Shown piece after piece: positions 40,245 through 52,030 of a stretch of DNA of 64,000 nt (position 1 is its first letter; each line of letters opens with the position of its first letter). A program made the position numbers and the translations under genes. The notes below the pieces were generated by a model, which did no database searches, was not told the origin of the DNA, and saw only the letters and a program-made list of their open reading frames with translations. Where the stretch lies: contig CAWBOS010000012.1 of the NCBI GenBank assembly GCA_963790475.1, forward strand, positions 512,001 through 576,000, given 5' to 3'. Source of the DNA: an uncultured delta proteobacterium. Lineage in GTDB: Bacteria > Desulfobacterota > RBG-13-43-22.

Positions 40245-41312
40245 TTACTTGGCCACTACCAAGGAAGGGATCCAGTCCGGGACCTTTTTACCATTCCTAT
40301 AACGCACGGAAAAATAAACCAGAGAAATGATAAAAAGACAGAGGAAGATCATCTCTCCCAGGGTAAAGACCACTGCCAGAAAGGATAGGATCTGGTGTTT
40401 TCCACCGGCCAACATGTAAAAAAGCCTTAGGAAAGCCCCACCGGTGGCCAGGATCAACGAATAACTGAGGATATAGCGGATGGCCGGTCCGCGCACATAG
40501 GATGTGGCGATGCTCCCGAATTGGGCCCCGAACATGGCCCCGACGATCATGAAGAGCACGGCTACCATATCCACATTACCCATCATCGAATGTCTCAAGG
40601 CCCCATATCCTCCGGAGAACACTATTTCCAAAAGATCGGTTCCCACGGCAATATGGGTTGAAGCGCCGACGATATAGACCAGGGCCGGCACCCGGATAAA
40701 GCCACCTCCGACACCCAAAAACCCCGCTAAAACGCCGGTAACCAGCCCGACAACGACAATGACCCACATGGAGACCACGATCTTGGCCACACGGCAGCGG
40801 ACGATAGGGAAAAGGGGGATTCTTTGAAAAAAGGCCGGGCCTTTGCTGACCGTAACTTCGCGGCCCACATGCAAGCCTTCCTTGGACATAACATCGATCT
40901 TTTTTTGAGACTGACGGGTCTCCAGCTGGGTGTAAATAAAGAGCCCCAACATAATGACCACCGAGGCCGTCAAAAGAATAATTTCCGAAAAACCCATGGC
41001 TTTAGTATAAGTAAGTAGCCGGACCCCCTGTTCCACGCCGAGCATGGTCCCGCCGATCATGGCCAAACCCAGGACCCAGTCGATGTTGCCCAGTTGTCGG
41101 TGCCTGATGGTGGACACCACCCCCTTTCCGGCAATATGGGTCATATCGATTCCCGAAGCCATGTAGCCGGGAAAGCCAAAGACGATCAGGGCCGGGGTGA
41201 CCATGTAGCCGCCACCGACTCCGATAAACCCCCCCACAATTCCCACCGTGAATCCGGTCAGGACCAATAAGAAGATGGGGGCCTGCATTCCTGCAATTGC
41301 AAACTCAAACAT
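40245..41312 (-). CDS. TauE/SafE (TSUP) family transporter
   Basis: Duplicated GGFIGVGGG / AGFLGVGGGF motifs, H..LGN.D and AVGTDL; multi-TM. Confidence 0.92.
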   Translation of the reverse strand: MFEFAIAGMQAPIFLLVLTGFTVGIVGGFIGVGGGYMVTPALIVFGFPGYMASGIDMTHIAGKGVVSTIRHRQLGNIDWVLGLAMIGGTMLGVEQGVRLLTYTKAMGFSEIILLTASVVIMLGLFIYTQLETRQSQKKIDVMSKEGLHVGREVTVSKGPAFFQRIPLFPIVRCRVAKIVVSMWVIVVVGLVTGVLAGFLGVGGGFIRVPALVYIVGASTHIAVGTDLLEIVFSGGYGALRHSMMGNVDMVAVLFMIVGAMFGAQFGSIATSYVRGPAIRYILSYSLILATGGAFLRLFYMLAGGKHQILSFLAVVFTLGEMIFLCLFIISLVYFSVRYRNGKKVPDWIPSLVVAK

Positions 41313-41323
41313 AATTTCCTCCT

Positions 41324-41887
41324 TTAGTGAATGGCTCCAGAATGGTCTATTTTTTCCAGTTTAAATCCCCACATATCGGTGAATCCCTCGGCCGTGAGCC
41401 CCAGACTCAATCCAATCACCAGGATCATGACCACATTCCAGACGGCGCCCCAGGGATTGGTTTTGATCCCTTTGTGTTTGAACGAATCCTTATATTTAAA
41501 ACCCGAATTGGTTTCTCTTATTTTCACCGGCATCGTCACCTTGATGATTTTATCCTCCAAGGTGGCCCGCTCCTTTTTCTTTAATTGTTCAGGGGTTATG
41601 ATGCCATTGGCATTAACCGGCAGCCGGTCCCCTTTTTTTACCGGTACGGCCTGCAGGCCCTCAATCTTTTCAAAGGGCCCGATCTGCACCAGGGCCGGCT
41701 TTTCTTTGGTGGCGTTTTTGAGGGTATCGGCATTAACCGCGTATCCATCCGTAGCCGCCTTGTAATAGTACCAGGCCACCATCTGCCCGGTATTATAGGT
41801 GTGGAAGGCGTAATAGTATAATCCCGCCGCCACAAGCAACCAGAATACAAACTTAATGGTCCCACGTCCTTTCGATGCTTCAGCCAT
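41324..41887 (-). CDS. TSUP-associated membrane protein, DVU0150-like C-terminus with a large extracytoplasmic loop
   Basis: N- and C-terminal TM helices; C-terminus G..LG...E...D..G.KL.K..H; RBS AGGAGG; directly upstream of the TSUP gene. Confidence 0.65.
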   Translation of the reverse strand: MAEASKGRGTIKFVFWLLVAAGLYYYAFHTYNTGQMVAWYYYKAATDGYAVNADTLKNATKEKPALVQIGPFEKIEGLQAVPVKKGDRLPVNANGIITPEQLKKKERATLEDKIIKVTMPVKIRETNSGFKYKDSFKHKGIKTNPWGAVWNVVMILVIGLSLGLTAEGFTDMWGFKLEKIDHSGAIH

Positions 41888-42073
41888 ATAATTTCCTCCT
41901 TCGACTTAAGCTGACTTTTGTTTTTCCAATGTGACCCGTCTTAATACTTTTTGTTCTTTTGGCATTACGATACGCGAAATTCTTTTTCGCTGAACGCCGG
42001 ACAGTATTTTCGTATTAAGAAGCCTTATCCCTTCTTTCACACCTCCTCCCTTGAGTTTGTTAGAAAAATATTT

Positions 42074-42233
42074 TGCAAGGTCTGTACCAAGCTGGGCAGA
42101 TGATCTGAATCTAATTAACAACCTGAAAACATAATATTTTCGCTTCCAGGGTCCTTTCCCTAAGGCCAGCGATGAAGGCATTTTTTTTTCGCTGGATTAT
42201 GTTCCTTTTTACACATTGTAAAAAAACCTGGCG
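42074..42233 (-). promoter_or_regulatory. sigma54 promoter of the TSUP operon plus shared upstream motif
   Basis: Minus strand TGGTAC-AGACC-TTGCA (42089-42074); TTTACACATTGTAAAAAAACCTGGCG at 42208-42233. Confidence 0.7.
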
Positions 42234-42391
42234 CGTAAGGTGGGACTTACACCCGGACTTGGAGAGCGAGTCTCGCTAAACGGAGGCAGGCTTTTATTAA
42301 AAACCTGATATTAAATTATTACGACAGATCGGATGGCTCTACCAAAAGGTAAAGAATATAGCCGGTTATTTGATCCCTTTTCTATGACTAG

Positions 42392-44050
42392 GAGTCTGTC
42401 GGACTTAAATGTTTTATAGTCAAAATTTTATTTAAGAAGAGAAAAATCTCTTGGTTAAATCTAAGTTTTATGGTAGAATATAAAACTAATTCAATAAGTT
42501 AAATTAACATTTTTTATAATTTTATGACCACACCAAGAGAGCCACATGAACCCTCCACGATTTAAGTGTTGTGACCGTGACACCCTATACCTTTTGCCTC
42601 CCTCTATCCACGATTGGCTTCCGGAAAATCATCTGGCCCGTTTTATTGTGGAGGTAGTAATCAAACTTGATTTAAGGCCTATTGAAAATGCGTACAATGG
42701 CCGGGGTTCCGATGCCTATTCTCCTGCTATGATGCTGGCCTTGCTTTTTTACGGTTATGCGACCGGGGTTTTCTCCAGCCGCAAACTGGAATTGGCCACC
42801 TATGAGTCGGTAGCTTTTCGTTATATTACCGCCAACCAGCATCCGGATCATGACACCATTGCTGGTTTCCGGAAACGTTTTTTGGAGGAATTAAAGCCGC
42901 TATTCACCCAAATCCTGATGATTGCCCAAACTATGGGTATAGTCAAGTTGGGCCAGGTGGCTTTAGACGGAACCAAAATCAAAGCCAATGCCTCCAAACA
43001 TAAGGCCTTGAGTTGGGATCATGCCTGTAAACTGGAACAACAGATCCGGGCCGAGGTCGATGCGCTCTTACGTCAGGCCGAAGCAGCGGAACGAGAAGAG
43101 ATTCCTGACGGGATGAACATCCCGGAGGAATTGGGTCGAAGAGAAAAACGCCTTCAGACTATTGACCTGGCCAAGCAAGAGATCGAACGTCGCGCTGCGG
43201 AGCGTTATGCCAAAGAACAAGAAATCTACGACCAGAAGAGGGCCGCCCGTAAAGCCAAAGAGCAAGAAAGTGGTAAAAAACCCAAGGGACGTAAACCTGA
43301 ACCACCCGAGCCCGGTCCTAAAAAAAACGACCAAATGAATCTAACCGATGAAGACTCCCGGATTATGCCTGCTGCCGGAGGAACCTTTGAACAAGCTTAC
43401 AACGCTCAAGCCGGCGTGGATCTGAATACCATGCTCATCGTAGAAAATCATGTCACTCAACAACCCAATGACAAGCAAGAAATTGAAAATACCTTGGGAA
43501 ATCTGACTTCCTTACCAAACCAGTTAGGCACGGTTGACACATTAGTAGCCGACTCAGGCTATTTTAGCGAAACCAATCTGAATAAGTGTGAAGCCGAGCA
43601 GATCACCCCCTATATTGCTGTAAATCGTGAAGAACACAATATTCCCTTAGAAGAACGTTTTGCCCGGCCTGAACCTTTACCGGAAGATGCTGATGTGCTG
43701 ACCCGAATGAAGCATCGGCTAAAAACACCCGAGGGCAAAAAGATATACGCCCAGCGGAAAAGCACGGTCGAACCGGTATTTGGCATCATCAAGGCCATCA
43801 TGGGCTTTCGACAATTTTTCCTTCGAGGGTTAACAGCGGTCAGTGGTGAATGGAACTTAGTCTGCATGGCCTACAATTTAAAAAGAATGCATATCTTAGC
43901 CCATTAATAATAATGACCGAGCAATTGCAAGGAAAAATTGTCGAAAAAAGCTTGATATCTTTATTGTTGAACTAAAAACCCCTTTGATCCTCTAAGAAAA
44001 AATCCGATCCCTTTTGTATAATAATTATGAGTTTCAAGACCGACAAACTC
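42392..44050 (+). mobile_element. IS1182-family insertion sequence, copy 1 (1659 bp)
   Basis: Imperfect TIRs GAGTCTGTCGGACTT / AAGACCGACAAACTC; CTAG on both flanks (42388-42391, 44051-44054). Confidence 0.92.
42546..43907 (+). CDS. IS1182 family DDE transposase
   Basis: WLPENHLARF, YGYATGVFSSRKLE, PDHDTI, DGTKIKANAS, ADSGY and RKSTVEPVFG motifs. Confidence 0.95.
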   Translation: MNPPRFKCCDRDTLYLLPPSIHDWLPENHLARFIVEVVIKLDLRPIENAYNGRGSDAYSPAMMLALLFYGYATGVFSSRKLELATYESVAFRYITANQHPDHDTIAGFRKRFLEELKPLFTQILMIAQTMGIVKLGQVALDGTKIKANASKHKALSWDHACKLEQQIRAEVDALLRQAEAAEREEIPDGMNIPEELGRREKRLQTIDLAKQEIERRAAERYAKEQEIYDQKRAARKAKEQESGKKPKGRKPEPPEPGPKKNDQMNLTDEDSRIMPAAGGTFEQAYNAQAGVDLNTMLIVENHVTQQPNDKQEIENTLGNLTSLPNQLGTVDTLVADSGYFSETNLNKCEAEQITPYIAVNREEHNIPLEERFARPEPLPEDADVLTRMKHRLKTPEGKKIYAQRKSTVEPVFGIIKAIMGFRQFFLRGLTAVSGEWNLVCMAYNLKRMHILAH

Positions 44051-44343
44051 CTAGTGGTCCCGAAAGTCAGTGCGACATCGATTTATGAGGAGAAGGTCTG
44101 ACAACAAAAAAAAGAAAGTTCACCTGGCACAAATTTTGAACAAAATGACCTTAGCGATGTTTTGGGAAAGGGGGTGTGTATTCTTTAAAAGGTAAATACA
44201 AACTTTTACGTCGTCCTTCCGGAGAATGGGAGCCGGAGAACTCGCCTTTAGCATAAGAGCACGGGAGAGGAGAAAAATAATTCGCACCAAAAATAGAATC
44301 ATTGCAAAAAAAATAGAAATGAAAAAACACAAGGAGGTTTTTC

Positions 44344-45754
44344 ATGATGCCGAATAAAAAATGGCTGACCATGCTGGTTGCTTTTGGTTTTCTCTTCGGA
44401 ACTCCATTATGGTCTCAAGCTAAAACAGTCAATGAAAAAATCCTGGATATTCTGTTAGAAGAGCAAGATTGTTACTCCTGAAAAATACCAGGAGCTCAAA
44501 AAACAGGTCGAGGCGGAAGGGGCTGAGGTGGCCAAAGTAAAGGCCGCGGCCGAGAAGAAGACCGAAGGGGCCAAGATTGACTTTAATAGAGGCATAACCA
44601 TTAAGACCGCTGATGAGGAGAACCAGATTCGTCTTTCCGGCCGCTTCCATGGCGACTACAGAAAGTATGTGGTGGAGCATCCCAGTACGGATTCTTTTTA
44701 CATCCGCCGGGCCAGGCTGGCCGCTATAGGGACCTTTCGTAAAAATTATGAATTCGTAGTGGAATCGGAATTCGGCCAGGGCGCCGCTAAATTGAATGAC
44801 GGCTATTTCAACATCAATTATGTCCCCTATGCCCAGTTTATGTTCGGCCAGTACAAGGTCCCTTTCTTACTGGATGAACTCCGATCGGATAACTGGATTG
44901 ATTTTGTGGAACGGTCTTTAACCGACAACTTTGCCCCTTCCCGTGATATCGGCGTGATGCTCCATGGGAATATCGGCAAGGACCTTTTGTACTATCAACT
45001 AGGTCTTTTTAATGGCCGTCAAGTCAACGCCAGTTCCGATGTCGACGATGAAAAGGATTGGGCCGGAAGAGTTACGGTGGCCCCTTTCTCCCGCCTGGAT
45101 ATTCCCGTCCTGAAGGATTTTCATATTGGCGGGGCCTTTACCGTCGGGGCGGAACGTACCACCAAACCCAGTACGGACTGGTGGAAGAGTTCTTTTAAGA
45201 CCGCCGGCGGGTCGGGTACTACCTTTTTCCAATTTCTGGATACGATTACCGAGGATGGAACTCGAAGCCGATGGGAAGTTGAGCTGGCCTGGATGTTCGG
45301 TCCCGTATCCCTTAAATCCGAATACGCCGTCCTTCAGTTAAATAACCTGAATAATGGCAAAACGACGGGAAGCTTTAGCGGTAATTCGGGATATGTCACT
45401 TTAGGCTGGTTCCTGACCGGTGAGCATGAGCCCTGGAAAAACGGGCTGCCTCAGGCCATCACCCCTAAGAACCCCTTTGTCTTTGGCAAAGGAGGAACCG
45501 GTGCTTTTCAACTCCTGGGACGTTATGAATGGTTGGAGATGGATAGGGGACTCCTGACTCAGGGTTTCGCTGATGCCAACCAATTTACCAACAAGGCTTA
45601 TGGTTATACCTTCGGTCTGAATTGGTATCCCAATGACGTGGTTAGGTTCATGCTTAATTATTATCGTACCAGCTTTGATCAATCCATCCTGGTCAGCGGG
45701 AAAAGGCTTAATTACGAGGATGCCTTCATGCTTCGCTTCCAGATCGTCTGGTAA
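44344..45754 (+). CDS. OprO/OprP-type anion-selective porin, +1 frameshift at about 44459
   Basis: RBS AAGGAGG and signal peptide MMPNKKWLTM... from 44344; the frame changes at TTAGAAGAGCAAG; F.IRRARL, GQYKVPF, F.ERS, GLNWY and a terminal W; sigma54-like TGGCAC-N5-TTGAA at 44125-44140. Confidence 0.85.
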
Positions 45755-46230
45755 TTTTTTTCAGGGGGGAAAAGGCCTTACCTGGCTCAAAATAAGCTAA
45801 GACCTGATGGCCTCTAAAGAGTACCTCAAGAGACCACCCCTGAGAAAACAAGAGTCCGGAATTGTTTGAATAAGAAAAGGGAGTGCCTTCCCCGTCAAGC
45901 CAACGACGTCACTGCCGGGGAAGTGTGTCCCGTCTTCAGCCGGGGATAAGGGAGGGAACTCCAAAAATTAAACGCTTACCTGGCATAGAAGAATCTCAGA
46001 ACATTGGTGCCGGGATTCTTCTATCCCTTCCAATCAAGGGGAAATGGGGGGATTTTTGTGATACCTCTTCATCGATTCTGGTTCACGGTTATTAGTGAAT
46101 TTCCCATAAGGGAATCTACCAGGAAAGCCGGTAAGCCAAGTTTTCAGATTTAGTCGATCAGGCTACAGGAAAACCGGTCCGGGGGCCTTCTGATAGAAGC
46201 AAAACATCCTCCTTAAAGAGCGCCGTTGCA

Positions 46231-46332
46231 CTATTTCCCTTTTTTCTTTTCCTGCTTAGCCTTCTTTTTTTCCTTGGCGGTTTTGGCTGGTTTCTTTTTT
46301 GTTTCTTTTTTGCTGTCCATTGATTTTGCCAT
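46231..46332 (-). CDS. 33-aa highly basic small protein
   Basis: MAKSMDSKKETKKKPAKTAKEKKKAKQEKKKGK; RBS AGGAGG 6 nt upstream. Confidence 0.75.
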   Translation of the reverse strand: MAKSMDSKKETKKKPAKTAKEKKKAKQEKKKGK

Positions 46333-46425
46333 AACTATCCTCCTGATGATAGGATTACCGGTAACTTTTTTTATATCTAAAGTATCACAGCCTTGCTTAC
46401 AGGTCAATCCAAGAAATAAAAATAG

Positions 46426-46965
46426 TTACCGATTCTGATACAAATGAAAGGCACAAATCACTAACGAATGCGAAATGATTCCCTCCCTGATTAACTTCTT
46501 GATTTCCCCATGGGGGACCTGAAGGACCTCAAATTCTTCACTCTCTTCGGGGGCCATCTCTGCGACCTTTTTTATATCCCGGGCCAAAAAACTATGACAG
46601 CGATTATTTAAAAAGGCCGGATTGGGATGAACAAATCCCAGGTATTCCCACTCATTCGATTGATACCCGGTTTCTTCAAGAAGTTCTTTTTGTCCCGCCT
46701 CCAAGGGGGTGAAGCCGGAGTCTACAATTCCTCCGGGTATTTCCAGCGTTACCTCTTCAATGCCAAAGCGGAATTGCCTGATTAATAGAACTTCTTCATT
46801 TTCGGTCAGGGGGATAACATTGACCCAATCGTTACTCTCCAGGATATAAAAAGAGGCTTCCTGATTATTGCGTGGTAATCGATAGCGATCTTCCCGGATA
46901 GTAAAAATACGATATGACCCGATAGTTTCGGAATGGGTGCGTTTCCATCTTTCGGCCAGATTCAT
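46426..46965 (-). CDS. NUDIX hydrolase (ADP-ribose pyrophosphatase-like)
   Basis: DWVNVI, RQFRFG, EIPGG...ELLEETGY and PNPA motifs. Confidence 0.9.
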   Translation of the reverse strand: MNLAERWKRTHSETIGSYRIFTIREDRYRLPRNNQEASFYILESNDWVNVIPLTENEEVLLIRQFRFGIEEVTLEIPGGIVDSGFTPLEAGQKELLEETGYQSNEWEYLGFVHPNPAFLNNRCHSFLARDIKKVAEMAPEESEEFEVLQVPHGEIKKLIREGIISHSLVICAFHLYQNR

Positions 46966-47007
46966 GGGTATATTCTCCTTTGCCGGGTTTCCTTTTTTTG
47001 CCCCTAG

Positions 47008-48666
47008 GAGTCTGTCGGACTTAAATGTTTTATAGTCAAAATTTTATTTAAGAAGAGAAAAATCTCTTGGTTAAATCTAAGTTTTATGGTAGAATATAAA
47101 ACTAATTCAATAAGTTAAATTAACATTTTTTATAATTTTATGACCACACCAAGAGAGCCACATGAACCCTCCACGATTTAAGTGTTGTGACCGTGACACC
47201 CTATACCTTTTGCCTCCCTCTATCCACGATTGGCTTCCGGAAAATCATCTGGCCCGTTTTATTGTGGAGGTAGTAATCAAACTTGATTTAAGGCCTATTG
47301 AAAATGCGTACAATGGCCGGGGTTCCGATGCCTATTCTCCTGCTATGATGCTGGCCTTGCTTTTTTACGGTTATGCGACCGGGGTTTTCTCCAGCCGCAA
47401 ACTGGAATTGGCCACCTATGAGTCGGTAGCTTTTCGTTATATTACCGCCAACCAGCATCCGGATCATGACACCATTGCTGGTTTCCGGAAACGTTTTTTG
47501 GAGGAATTAAAGCCGCTATTCACCCAAATCCTGATGATTGCCCAAACTATGGGTATAGTCAAGTTGGGCCAGGTGGCTTTAGACGGAACCAAAATCAAAG
47601 CCAATGCCTCCAAACATAAGGCCTTGAGTTGGGATCATGCCTGTAAACTGGAACAACAGATCCGGGCCGAGGTCGATGCGCTCTTACGTCAGGCCGAAGC
47701 AGCGGAACGAGAAGAGATTCCTGACGGGATGAACATCCCGGAGGAATTGGGTCGAAGAGAAAAACGCCTTCAGACTATTGACCTGGCCAAGCAAGAGATC
47801 GAACGTCGCGCTGCGGAGCGTTATGCCAAAGAACAAGAAATCTACGACCAGAAGAGGGCCGCCCGTAAAGCCAAAGAGCAAGAAAGTGGTAAAAAACCCA
47901 AGGGACGTAAACCTGAACCACCCGAGCCCGGTCCTAAAAAAAACGACCAAATGAATCTAACCGATGAAGACTCCCGGATTATGCCTGCTGCCGGAGGAAC
48001 CTTTGAACAAGCTTACAACGCTCAAGCCGGCGTGGATCTGAATACCATGCTCATCGTAGAAAATCATGTCACTCAACAACCCAATGACAAGCAAGAAATT
48101 GAAAATACCTTGGGAAATCTGACTTCCTTACCAAACCAGTTAGGCACGGTTGACACATTAGTAGCCGACTCAGGCTATTTTAGCGAAACCAATCTGAATA
48201 AGTGTGAAGCCGAGCAGATCACCCCCTATATTGCTGTAAATCGTGAAGAACACAATATTCCCTTAGAAGAACGTTTTGCCCGGCCTGAACCTTTACCGGA
48301 AGATGCTGATGTGCTGACCCGAATGAAGCATCGGCTAAAAACACCCGAGGGCAAAAAGATATACGCCCAGCGGAAAAGCACGGTCGAACCGGTATTTGGC
48401 ATCATCAAGGCCATCATGGGCTTTCGACAATTTTTCCTTCGAGGGTTAACAGCGGTCAGTGGTGAATGGAACTTAGTCTGCATGGCCTACAATTTAAAAA
48501 GAATGCATATCTTAGCCCATTAATAATAATGACCGAGCAATTGCAAGGAAAAATTGTCGAAAAAAGCTTGATATCTTTATTGTTGAACTAAAAACCCCTT
48601 TGATCCTCTAAGAAAAAATCCGATCCCTTTTGTATAATAATTATGAGTTTCAAGACCGACAAACTC
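47008..48666 (+). mobile_element. IS1182-family insertion sequence, copy 2 (1659 bp)
   Basis: Same ends and length as copy 1, offset 4616 bp; CTAG flanks at 47004-47007 and 48667-48670. Confidence 0.92.
47162..48523 (+). CDS. IS1182 family DDE transposase
   Basis: Protein identical to 42546..43907. Confidence 0.95.
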   Translation: MNPPRFKCCDRDTLYLLPPSIHDWLPENHLARFIVEVVIKLDLRPIENAYNGRGSDAYSPAMMLALLFYGYATGVFSSRKLELATYESVAFRYITANQHPDHDTIAGFRKRFLEELKPLFTQILMIAQTMGIVKLGQVALDGTKIKANASKHKALSWDHACKLEQQIRAEVDALLRQAEAAEREEIPDGMNIPEELGRREKRLQTIDLAKQEIERRAAERYAKEQEIYDQKRAARKAKEQESGKKPKGRKPEPPEPGPKKNDQMNLTDEDSRIMPAAGGTFEQAYNAQAGVDLNTMLIVENHVTQQPNDKQEIENTLGNLTSLPNQLGTVDTLVADSGYFSETNLNKCEAEQITPYIAVNREEHNIPLEERFARPEPLPEDADVLTRMKHRLKTPEGKKIYAQRKSTVEPVFGIIKAIMGFRQFFLRGLTAVSGEWNLVCMAYNLKRMHILAH

Positions 48667-48822
48667 CTAGCAATAATCTTTCTTAGGCCTTCTTATTTGT
48701 TTTTGTCAAGGGTGTTGTTCAAATTCAATAACGTTAAATTTACAATTTGGGTTATTGCCTTTAGACCAGGTGTCGGTTATGATAATATTAAAGATAAAAA
48801 CCGAAACTGGGAAAAAATTTGA

Positions 48823-50118
<1,296 letters not shown>

Positions 50119-50140
50119 CCTTTCAATCTGAAAAAAATAC

Positions 50141-50168
50141 AAGGAGGCCCTGAATGCAGGACCTCCTT
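50141..50168. terminator. Hairpin after eno, possible terminator
   Basis: AAGGAGG-CCCTG-AATG-CAGG-ACCTCCTT. Confidence 0.4.
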
Positions 50169-50414
50169 GAAGGGAGGAGAAGGGGGGACCTTGTTGCCAC
50201 ATTCTAGGTCTACCCATCATACCGCGATGAAAACCCCAGGTGAAGACAACGTCGACATTTTTGGCGATCTTAAGCAAATCCTTTTGGTTTCCGGGCTACG
50301 AATTATTTGGGAAATTAGTTACTTATTTGGTTAGTTATTGAAATGAATGAATGGAGAAATAATGCCCCTGGGATTCGGCAATGATAGATACTCGTAAAAC
50401 AAAGATCGAAGACC

Positions 50415-51857
50415 TTATTGATTTAAGAAAGTAAGGTCAGGCTGAGGATTTTTTCTCATATCCATAAGATTGGCCAGATTGTCGTTTATTTTTACTTCCG
50501 GCACGTCAAGCATAAGGCTTATAAAGTTATCCACACAATCCGGGCAAAGCTGGGTGCCGCGCACCTCTTCAATAATGCCCATGGCATCTTTCTGACTCAT
50601 CCCCTTCCGATAGGGGCGATCGCTGATCAGGGCATGGTAAGTATCGGCAACAGCTGTCATCCTGGCCCAAAGCAGTATCTTTTCTCCTTTAAGTCCGTTG
50701 GGATAGCCTTTGCCATCAAACCTCTCGTGATGATGCAGGATAACGGGAAGAAGAGGTTTCATGCTCGGAATTGATCCCAGAATGGAAGCCCCAATTATAG
50801 GGTGTTCCTTGATGATGGCGAACTCCTTGGCGTCGAGACGGCCGGGTTTTAATAGAATGGAGTCAGGCACGCCGATTTTTCCCAGATCATGAAGTCTTCC
50901 GGCAATACCCAGAGACTCGATCTCCTCGTGGTCGGCATTCCTGTGGGCCGCCATCCTGGCTACAAGCCCGGCTACGGCTTCGGAATGTCCTCTGGTATAT
51001 TGATCGCGGGCTTCCAGCGCCGCGATGAGGCTGGTTATGCTGGCCAGCATCATCTTTCGCTCCGAGTCAAGGCGCTCTCTTTCTTTGAGTAAAATGAGGA
51101 AGTGGTCTGAAAGCAGTTTTTCAACCGTAATGAGAACCTGCTCCAGATTGAAGGGCTTGATCAGATAACTGGCTGCTCCCCATTGGAGCATACGGCGCAT
51201 GATGGCTCGATCGAAATTGGCACTCATCATGACAAAGGGAATGGCGGCCAGGGCAGGATCGGCATGGATCTTTTTGCATAACTCGACCCCATTCATCTCC
51301 GGCATATCGATATCGCTTAAGATCAGGTCGGGCCGGAGATCTTGAACGCGCGTCAGGGCCTGTTTCCCGTTCTCTGCCGTTATCACTTGAAAGCCTTCTT
51401 CTGCCAGGGCCTGGGAGAGGAGTTGACGGATCTTTAATGAGTCATCCACAACCAGAACCAGACGACCGCGATGAAATTTAGATTTTTCGAGTACCCTTTC
51501 AATGGTCTCGTTAAGTTGGGTCTGGGCCTCAGACTTTGAAACGTAGGCGGCTGCGCCCACCCTGAAGCCTTGCTCAATATCCCGGTCCGATTCCAGGGAA
51601 CTGAGTATTATTACTGGGATACCCCTTGTATCGGGATTGCCCTTAAGCTTCTCGCAAAGGCCGAACCCATCCAAACGAGGCATTTCAACATCGGTGATAA
51701 TCAAGTCAAAATTGCCGGAAAGCGACTCCTCCAATCCTTTAACCCCGTCTTCTGCTTGACTGACTACAGCACCGAACTTTTCAAGCTGCCTGGACAATGC
51801 CTTCCGAATAATCAAACTGTCATCGACGATGAGTATGTTCGGTTGATTCATGCCCAT
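50415..51857 (-). CDS. Response regulator with two REC domains and an HD-GYP (c-di-GMP phosphodiesterase) domain
   Basis: Two VDDS/D..MP receivers; HSEAV, LHDLGKIG, HHERFDGKGYP and RPYRK. Confidence 0.93.
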   Translation of the reverse strand: MGMNQPNILIVDDSLIIRKALSRQLEKFGAVVSQAEDGVKGLEESLSGNFDLIITDVEMPRLDGFGLCEKLKGNPDTRGIPVIILSSLESDRDIEQGFRVGAAAYVSKSEAQTQLNETIERVLEKSKFHRGRLVLVVDDSLKIRQLLSQALAEEGFQVITAENGKQALTRVQDLRPDLILSDIDMPEMNGVELCKKIHADPALAAIPFVMMSANFDRAIMRRMLQWGAASYLIKPFNLEQVLITVEKLLSDHFLILLKERERLDSERKMMLASITSLIAALEARDQYTRGHSEAVAGLVARMAAHRNADHEEIESLGIAGRLHDLGKIGVPDSILLKPGRLDAKEFAIIKEHPIIGASILGSIPSMKPLLPVILHHHERFDGKGYPNGLKGEKILLWARMTAVADTYHALISDRPYRKGMSQKDAMGIIEEVRGTQLCPDCVDNFISLMLDVPEVKINDNLANLMDMRKNPQPDLTFLNQ

Positions 51858-52030
51858 AGATCCTCTGGTTTTGTGCGAACCAACACACCGGCACCTGGGT
51901 TTCATGGAATATCATCGGCAGATTGAGAGGTAAACTTTAATAGCCCTTAGCAAAGTCTCAACAAAACTCCCGGCACCCGCAACCCAAAGAGATTGGCGCA
52001 GGATTCCTCTTTGATCCTGTTCGTTGAGAA

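Noticed and set aside
41906-42181. 91-aa ORF upstream of the TSUP operon
   Set aside because: Overlaps the sigma54 promoter and leader; no RBS or recognisable features.
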